From: the human T2T-CHM13v2.0 reference genome, Homo sapiens
Reading direction: 5' to 3' (one strand)
DNA: 64,000 nt
Assembly: GCF_009914755.1 (NCBI RefSeq)
Contig: NC_060935.1
The position numbers were made by a program, and so were the translations under genes. Within the stretch, counting starts at the first letter, position 1, and the number at the start of each line of letters is the position of its first letter. Positions 55,921-64,000 of this stretch are shown in pieces. Under the pieces are notes generated by a model. The model was given only the letters and a program-made list of their open reading frames with translations. It was not told the origin of the DNA and searched no databases.

Positions 55921-58619
55921 TTCCAGATGGATATAACTCCTCAAGGAAAAAAGTAAAACTGGAAATATAAGTTTAGGTTCAAAAATGAAATAAACTTGAA
56001 TTTGGAAAAAATATGGAGCAAACATTTGAATCTAAAATATGTCAGTAGTATAAGTTAAACTGCTTTTTTTGTTCCTGCTGGTCAGAAACCTAAGACATAT
56101 AGAAAATATACTACCAGTGTACTAAAATAAATATCTTTGATTAGGTAAAAAGTAGTTAAAGATCTGCAATAAAGTTAAATTTGATTGTTTTTAATCACAA
56201 TTTGTAGAACTTCTTTGATGTATTTCTTCATACTTAAAGAGACAAGGCTTTCTCGTTGTTAAAATGTTTTACTACAGAACCTTGTTGTCCAATCTGAAGT
56301 GGAAATACTTATCCCTGATTTTTGCATGTATGTCAAAGTTGTTGATATATTTTGAGATCATTGAATGGAGTCATATTACTTGGAAAATATAAGAAGTACT
56401 GTTGGCTTCCAAATGGCATCCATGACTAATGACCTTAGTTGTAAATGTTTATTAGCAGGTTCTCCATCCTTCAAGCCTGAAACTGAGTTCACCAGCTATG
56501 AAAGCTTAAGGTAACTTTGGAGTTCCAGACAAGTATAGCCTAATTATTTATCTCCTCTCTAGAGAGCCTTAAAGAAAATGTTTCCCAGGGTTTCTAAATC
56601 CAAAACACAAGGTAAAAGTGTGATTGCTTTTTTGCTTATTATATTATTGTTGTTGCTTTTTACCAGACCAGTCTTCCTTTCTCTAAGCCTCCCTTTCCCC
56701 AGCTATAAAATGGTCTTGATGATAACACTTACCTAATAAAAATTTGCTTCCCTTGACAGAGTGCAGCAGACATTATTGCTTTCACAATGTGAACTTGCTA
56801 GGGACTTCAATAGTAAGTAAGTAATCTTATTTAATCCCATTTAACACCCTTTAAGATAAAGATTATGTTTTTTGTCCATATGGATTTTGTTATTATTGTT
56901 GGGGTAAGGGTGGGGATGGCATTTCTTCCTTCAGCTCAAGTATCTTCCTCACTCTATGGAATCCAGTCCTGAGAGAACAGCAATGCTTCTGCCCCATCCC
57001 CTGTTGGGCAACTTCCTGTGCCTTAAAGTCATTGCCTGTGCTTAGCATGTCTTCTGCCACTCTTCCTCTTCTTAGTGTCACGTCTAAGGGTCACACCTGA
57101 ACTCCCTGCTCCCAGGCAACCAACTGACCTAGGCAGGGCCTTGCTTTTTGGAACGGACCCAGCTCAACACTTTGTTCCGGAGCCCTGCCACTTGCTATGT
57201 GACTGAGTGGAAGCCTGTCCGATGGTCCCCTACTGTGTCCCATTCAGGAAGGTAAAAAGGGGTCTCCTCGCCCAGACTTCCACTTAAGAGCCATCACATC
57301 TCATTAAAGAAGCCCTATTTGAATGGTTTTAACGTACTTGCCTGGCCATTAATAAGCCAATACTTTGATTCCCATTTGGCTATTGTTTGTGTGTTGGAGA
57401 AGGAGGCAACAAAATTATACCCCAAATACCAAACATGAGATATTACTACATATGTTTACAGACAAGAAAGCTTATCTGTAAGGGGTTAAAAGGCTTCCCC
57501 AGAATCACACAGCAAGTGGGCTGGGAGGCCAGAGCTTACACTGGGTCTTTCTGACATCAAAGCCTGGCTTTTGCTAAGCTGCATTCCTTTTCCAGATTGT
57601 TCAGAAAACCAGGAACAATCACAAATAAAAGTTAGTTCTTCAGTGTTAGACCCAGTTAGTGTTAAATAATGCTAGTTTATTTATCTTCCATATATTATAA
57701 TAAAAACATGTTTATATGACAGGAAAACAATTTTAAACATTAGAAAGGGCCTTTCTTCGTATATGATAAAAATTAGATAAAAGTTAGTATTTTTTAAACC
57801 TCCACTCATATATTAACTGCCAGTTAAACAGGTTTTCCTTCATCATAACGTGCAAATTGACAAAATCTACTAATGAGGAGAATTCAATGCGTGTGGGAAA
57901 ATCAATGAAAATCCATTATCATTATGAGAAAAAGAACTGAAACCTAAGCTCAAATTAGTGGCAACCTAGCAGGGTCATTTTAGTGAAAATATAAGATAAC
58001 ACTGTTTAAATTGTTTGCGAGTTTTAACACACCAAGTAAAGTCTAGATGGTATTAGGCCTAGGAGAGCGGACCATGAAGGATGGGCTCTAGAGAAAGGAA
58101 ACAGGCAGAGCCAAGGAATGACTGCTTATAGACTACATGTACAAAGAGTAGCAGTTCATGGTGACTGAGTCAGGTTCATTCACCCAATTAATAGTATTTA
58201 GATTTCCACTAAGTACTAGGCATACCAATATACAGATGATACATCTCATTCCTGACTGAGCTTACCTACTAGCAGGGTTTGTGTAAATAGCAAAAGCATA
58301 AAAAGGTTGGAAAGGGCATCAGGGTGCCAGATCTCTGTAGAGCCTTGAATACTAAATTTGTCAAGTAGAGCCATTGAGGGTTTTTTTCAGGTAAAATGTC
58401 AGTAACCACAGTACTATAAAAGTCCATTACTAGACAAGCCTGTACAGATCCTTAGCACTTTAACAGCTGACCTATCAGTAACTATTTAGTGAATACCTAA
58501 TACATGTGTACCAAGGTGCTGATTGTCATGGTATACATATTTCAGATTAGAAATTTTAAGAGAAAGCCAGGAAGAACTGAAAATGCTTTTGACTATATTT
58601 ACCACAGGCACGCTACAAA

Positions 58620-59020
58620 AAGGCAAGGGGTATAGTCTTTAGAGTACAGGCCTGGAGACAAACCCTTATCTTAGTTCCCCTACTTTCTGGTTGCATGACC
58701 TCAGAAAAATTACTTTAACCACTTCATGCTTCAGTTTCCTCATCTGTAAAAGAGAGAATTCAAAATTTACCTCACAAATGATTGTAAGTTAATATATATT
58801 AATACTTGAAACATGAAATACTTAGAACAGTGAAAGGCATACAGTACACATTCAATAAATGTTATCTGTATATTCTCCTCATACAAGTTAACCATCAGAA
58901 GAACACAATGTGTGTGTGCCTTCCATTCCTTCATTTTGCAGTTGAAGATACTGAGCTTCAGACAGGGAAAGTGACTGGCCCCAAGTCACACACTAGTAAT
59001 TGGGATGGTCAGCTGTGAGC
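58620..59020. mobile_element. Two adjacent MIRs in opposite orientation (+ about 58620-58870; - about 58880-59020)
   Basis: 'cttcagtttcctcatctgtaaaa' (+) and 'cattttgcagttgaagatactgag..gtgactggccccaagtcacac' (-). Confidence 0.75.
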
Positions 59021-60084
59021 TCAGGGAGAAGAATAAATACTAATATTTACCACATGTTTACTACAAAAGGCAAGACGTATACTGTTTAAAGCACAAGCTT
59101 GAAGCCAAATCCTTATCTCAGCTCCCCCCCAAATATATCCCAAAATAAATAAAGGAACACAATGGGCAGAGCACCTGGTTCCAGCATGCAAGGTAGGAGC
59201 ATGCAACCAGGAATCAGGCAAGGCTGATTTGTATTACTGGCACTTCGAACCATATCTGGTCTTTCTGACTTTCTATATACCAATCAGGTCATGGCCAAAG
59301 GGCCTAGGCTAGGAGAAGAAATAGCAATATAGAACAAACCTCCCTCTCCCCATTAACCCAAGGTCAGCATGGATAATCAGACCCTGCCTGATAGAACTGC
59401 AGGTTCAGACCCTTTGGGCAATTAGATTGCAATATAATTGATTGAGCTAGTTGGCATCCAAATAGACACAGTGAAGCCCACATTTTCTGGGTGATTGTAT
59501 AGAAACAGAGTTGCCAGAATAAGTGAAAAACACTACCTGGAAATTTTCATTTGCATTTATTATAGGGAGTAGTCACAACATCTCCAGGGGCATCTTTTGC
59601 TAGAAAGGAAATGTATATACTCTGACTTCCAGGACAGGTAAAATTGGACTGGATATCACTGTGATTTATTTCTATATCTGCAGTATGACAAGATGGTCTA
59701 CTGTTTTAAGGTAATGCGTGTTCTTCTTTGCACCACTGCTCAGAATCTTTCATTGGTACTGATCAGCAAGTCTCAGAAACAGGCTAAAATTCCTAACAAA
59801 GAATTTTACTAAAAACAAATGGAGTTAATTAAGCAGGTGCTTTGTTTATTAAATAATACTCACATTGAATATTCACAAACATCTATTGGAGAGGTAATGG
59901 TCATATTTTAAAGGTAAGGGAGCTAGAAAAAAGCTTAAGTAACTTATCCAGAGCAGAACATTATCTTAGCCAATCTGTCATTTCAACCAAGACTATCCCA
60001 ATTCCAGTTCCCATCCTACTCCCCATACATTACATTACAATGAATCCTAGGAATAAAATAGATCCTAGGATATTATTTAGAAAT

Positions 60085-60415
60085 TATAACTTCTCAATCC
60101 TGGCTGTATATTCATATCCCTTGTAAAGTTAAAACAAATATGTTACCAGGGCCCTCCTTCCAGACATTGATCTAATTGGTCTGACATGGGGCCCTACCTA
60201 GCATGAGCATTAAAAAAAAATTCCCAGTTAGGCATGGTGATGGGATTCATACTCCTAACCTCTGCCTCACACAATATTCCCATATAACAAACCTGCACAT
60301 GTACCCCTGTATCTAAAAGTTGAAATTTAAACAAATTTAATTTTAAAAATAAAGTTGTTCATAATTTTTTAAAAAGATTCTACACTTAAAATGTACAGCC
60401 AATTTTGAGACACAC
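60085..60415. mobile_element. MER5A-like MITE interrupted by a short L1PB/PA 3' end (about 60235-60330, +)
   Basis: 'cttctcaatcctggctgtatatt..ctaattggtctg', L1 'cacacaatattcccatataacaaacctgcacatgtacccc', then 'aatgtacagccaattttgaga'. Confidence 0.6.
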
Positions 60416-62547
60416 TCATATAATTAAGAATGTCTTTAAAGAGACTGTCCTTTTTATTCCAATTGTGAACTTTCTGGAAATACAATTTAATATAATCACT
60501 CTAAGCCACAGTGATTCTCATCTTTCGGTGGAGGAAGGCACATACAACTAACCATCAGAGGTCCTGGTTACTTGTCAGTTTTTTAATTAGCTCTTCAGAA
60601 CATCTGTCTTGCGGCAAAGTATTTAATCTTTGACCCCCAGCACCAGAGAGCCAAAAAAAAAAAAAAAATCCTAGCAGAAAATTTTCACATCTGCCTAGTT
60701 AGAAGCTGGCAAAGAATTCATCCTCCCATAATCTTTCCAAATACATCAACCTCAAACAAAACACCAACTGTACCCGAGACTCCAAGGTTAGGGCACTAAA
60801 TTCCCCAGCCCTGTGAAATTTTAATTAGAGCAGATGGCCTACTGGATAATAACACCACTGTACAAAAAGTATTACACAAAACAGGGGTTTAAAAATCCTT
60901 TCTCTGAGAAGATTTAGCACTTGTTTATTGAGCACATAAGTGGCAAAGATTTTGCTAGCTTTCTATTAATCATCATTAATACCTAACATGGGTGCTAGTG
61001 TAGTGGACACCTGTCTGTTAAGCACTTCTGTCCTCCCTTGTCCCTCATATCAACCTCCCATTTCCTTTGGATACCTGCTTTCCTCCACTGCAATCATTAG
61101 CTTCTACTGGGGCTCCCCTAAACTGACCTTATGTTTCAGACATTATTCTCAGAATATGGCATTTCACTTAATCACCACAATAACTCTGAGATGGGAGCTA
61201 CTGCCCTCCTTTAACAGATGACAAAAGTGAAGTCCAGAGAAACTAAATGATGTGTGCAAGGTCTCAGGGATAGTAAGGGTCAGAACCTGGCTTCTGCCTA
61301 TATTTTCTCTTTCTCTTCTCCTTGCTCTCTTCTTAGAGTCTATGGCCTACATTTTCTTAGTGTCCAAGCCAACGTCTATTTGAATCCAAAGCCCACAGTT
61401 TTGTACTTTACCATGGTATCTCCATGAAGAGAAGGCGTACATGGTGAATGTGACGCAGAGAAGCCAGGTCTCAGTGATGCCCTATTGTATGAAAGTTACC
61501 AGAGTTTGGTGTAACAGTCATTGGGAAGGACAGACTGAGCCACATTGTCACTTATTTTAACATAGGACAAAGTCACATTGTCAGCATGGAGAAATGGGAT
61601 ATAGTGAAGAGAAAGGTTCACAAAGGGAGCTCCTAAGATTGTGTCCCTCTGACAATGCCTCCCTCATCCCCACCATGGCCTTACCTCAGCCTCTGTCCTT
61701 TATTCTTTAGATGTCAAAGTGTATTTCAAATCTTTCTTACCTCCTTTCTGTAGCTCTAGAGCCTTATACCTCCTAGGTCTCCCCGCTTACGTACCAAAAG
61801 TTCTCCCTCCCATCACCCTAGCCACCTCTAGTGCTCTGTTTCAGCCATGAAACATCTCCAAGCTCACAGAGAATCACCAAATATTAGAGAGGAGGGGAAC
61901 TTAGGTATCACTAATTCGCCCTGCTTTCTTTGACACATCAGGAAATTAAGGCAAAGAGACAGAAAGTGATCTGCCTAGCATCACACAGGCTACTGAGCCT
62001 CACAGGGAATATGCTATTATAGAATGCGCCTCACCTCTTAGCTCTGGCTACCTGCATACCTCCATGTTTCTGGAAATATCTCTACTGAGTAGCCTTCTCT
62101 TAGCACCATGAAACGTTATCTTTAGTGTTCCCTGGTACTTCGTACCCACCTCCATTGACACCACTACATCCTAACTGCCTGTTGCCTGTGTCCTTGAAAA
62201 CAAGGATTATCTTTTATTATATTTGTATTCCTAGATCCAAGCACAGTGCCTAATGCATATGAGGTATCTAAACAGTAATATTACCAAAAATAGCTGATGC
62301 CTATGGATAACTTATTATAAGCCTGATGGCATGTATTTTACTGGTACTAAGTTTGTACTCACAAAATCAGGTGGGGAAACAGGGGTATAGAGAAATTAAA
62401 TAACTTTCCCAGAGTCACACAGCCAGCAAGTCAAACTTTTGGCACCTGGTTTTGCAGCCCATGTTCAGACACTCATAATACAATCCCTGAAAGTTTCACA
62501 AATGTCAAATAGCAAAGCCCGACTCAAGAACAGAGCCCCTGCTGCTC

Positions 62548-62843
62548 TTTTTTTGTTTTTTGTGAGACGGAGCCTCGCTCTGTCGCCCAGGCTGGAGTGC
62601 AGTGGCACAATCTTGGCTCACTGCAAGCTCCACCTCCCAGGTTCACACCATTCTCCTGACTCAGCCTCCTGAGTAGCTGGGACTACAGGCGCCCGCCGCC
62701 ACGCCCAGCTAATTTTTTGTATTTTTAGTAGAGACGGGGTTTCACCATGTTGGCCAGGATGCTCTCGATCTCCTGACCTCGGGATCTGCTCACCTCGGCC
62801 TCCCAAAGTGCTGGGATTACAGGCGTGAGCTGCCGCGCCGGCC
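62548..62843 (-). mobile_element. Young Alu (AluSc8/AluY-like)
   Basis: Full dimer, CpG-rich, with 'ctgcaagctcc' and 'ttcacaccattctcctg'. TSD CAGAGCCCCT(GCT)GCTCTT. Confidence 0.95.
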
Positions 62844-63504
62844 CAGAGCCCCTGCTCTTAACCCACTGCTCCCTATAAATGTCTATTGAAGGAATGAGGA
62901 CCCATGTTTTCTAAGTTTTTGGCTACTGCTTCTTTCTAAATCGCAAAAGTTACGAACAAACAGTCCACAATGTGTTACATGTAGCCCAGAGTTATTAATT
63001 GATCAATTTATTTATTTATTTTTATGTGTAGATGTCTGTAAATGTGCATTTCTGTTAAGTTCCTGGCCCCTGAAAATAATCTGAGTTCAACATCCTCGCC
63101 TTTTTTGCACCAGACCCCATAACCTTAATACGAGGCAGACACAGCTCTTGAGTCTTTTTGACAGTTTACTATTCCCGAGATACATTTTCCAAATCCAATA
63201 TATAATGTATGACTTACCAGTAATTGCCATTAAGAACCAGAATATTCATAGATATTGCCTCTATTAATATTTTGTTTTTAATTCAGTAAGTTTTTAATTG
63301 TTCTCACTGTGAGTCTTTTACTGAAACAGTGCTGGGATACCCAATAATCAGTCTTGAAAAGAAAGAATAAAGATAAGCATAAAGATTATGTTTAGCCAGA
63401 CTTAACAAACCCCATTCATGAAAAACAGCAGCCTTTAGTTCAACTACTTTCTCATTAATCAGCTTGAAAAGATAAATGGTCAACCAGACACAAAATATTA
63501 ATTG

Positions 63505-63680
63505 TAATAATTGCTAACAATTATTGAACACTTTATTATTGAACACTTAGGCACCATGCCATGTATGTTACATACATAATCTCATTTAACCCTTACTACA
63601 CCCTGAGAGGTGGATAAACTATTAACTCTGTCTTACAGATGAGGAGACTGAGACACATATAGGATAAACTACTTTGCCAC
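63505..63680 (-). mobile_element. MIR SINE
   Basis: 'atctcatttaacccttactacaccctgagagg...ttacagatgaggagactgag'. Confidence 0.85.
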
Positions 63681-64000
63681 AGTATTTGCTAGACTTATTC
63701 AACTCAAAGTGTTATTTATTGAGTGCTATCTATGGTAGAAATTACATAAATTATGAGTTTCACAATTTATTTTTATGATAATTAAATGCTTTTATTCTGG
63801 CACCTCTATGTGCCAAGACTGAGGACTGAGACTGGTACATCATTGTCCCAAATACAGTAGGATAAAATGGAAAGAGAAAGCATGTTGGAGTCAAGCTTTA
63901 AAACTTGGTTTTGCCACTTACTGTTAAACAAAGGACAAGTGAAAAGCCTGAGCCTCTACTCCTTAACTTAAAAATGAGGCCAATCGTCACTATATTTCAT

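Noticed and set aside
62439-62806. ORFs with '[13 protein letters not shown]'
   Set aside because: Alu-derived translation.

Overview
Primate, human-like nuclear DNA. It is AT-rich and dominated by transposable elements: Alu, MIR, L1, L2, MaLR/ERV1/ERVL LTRs, and hAT and Tc2 MITEs. I recognise no protein-coding gene, tRNA, rRNA or CRISPR array. Most ORFs in the track are fragments or by-products of repeats. Main structures: a solo ERV9 LTR12 (9880-11484); a near-full-length L1MA nested inside an older L1 (11.7-23.2 kb); a two-LTR MER66-type ERV1 provirus with gag and integrase remnants inside an MSTB LTR (28.3-33.6 kb); an RNY1 (Y1 RNA) retropseudogene (40974-41082); and a 5'-inverted L1PA (48.5-51.5 kb). 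The best novel candidate is a + strand three-exon model at 717-2723, whose canonical splice sites join in frame into a 119-aa ORF with a downstream AATAAA. It could be a lncRNA or de novo gene and is unverified. Repeat family names come from my recall of consensus sequences, and boundaries of old repeats are approximate.
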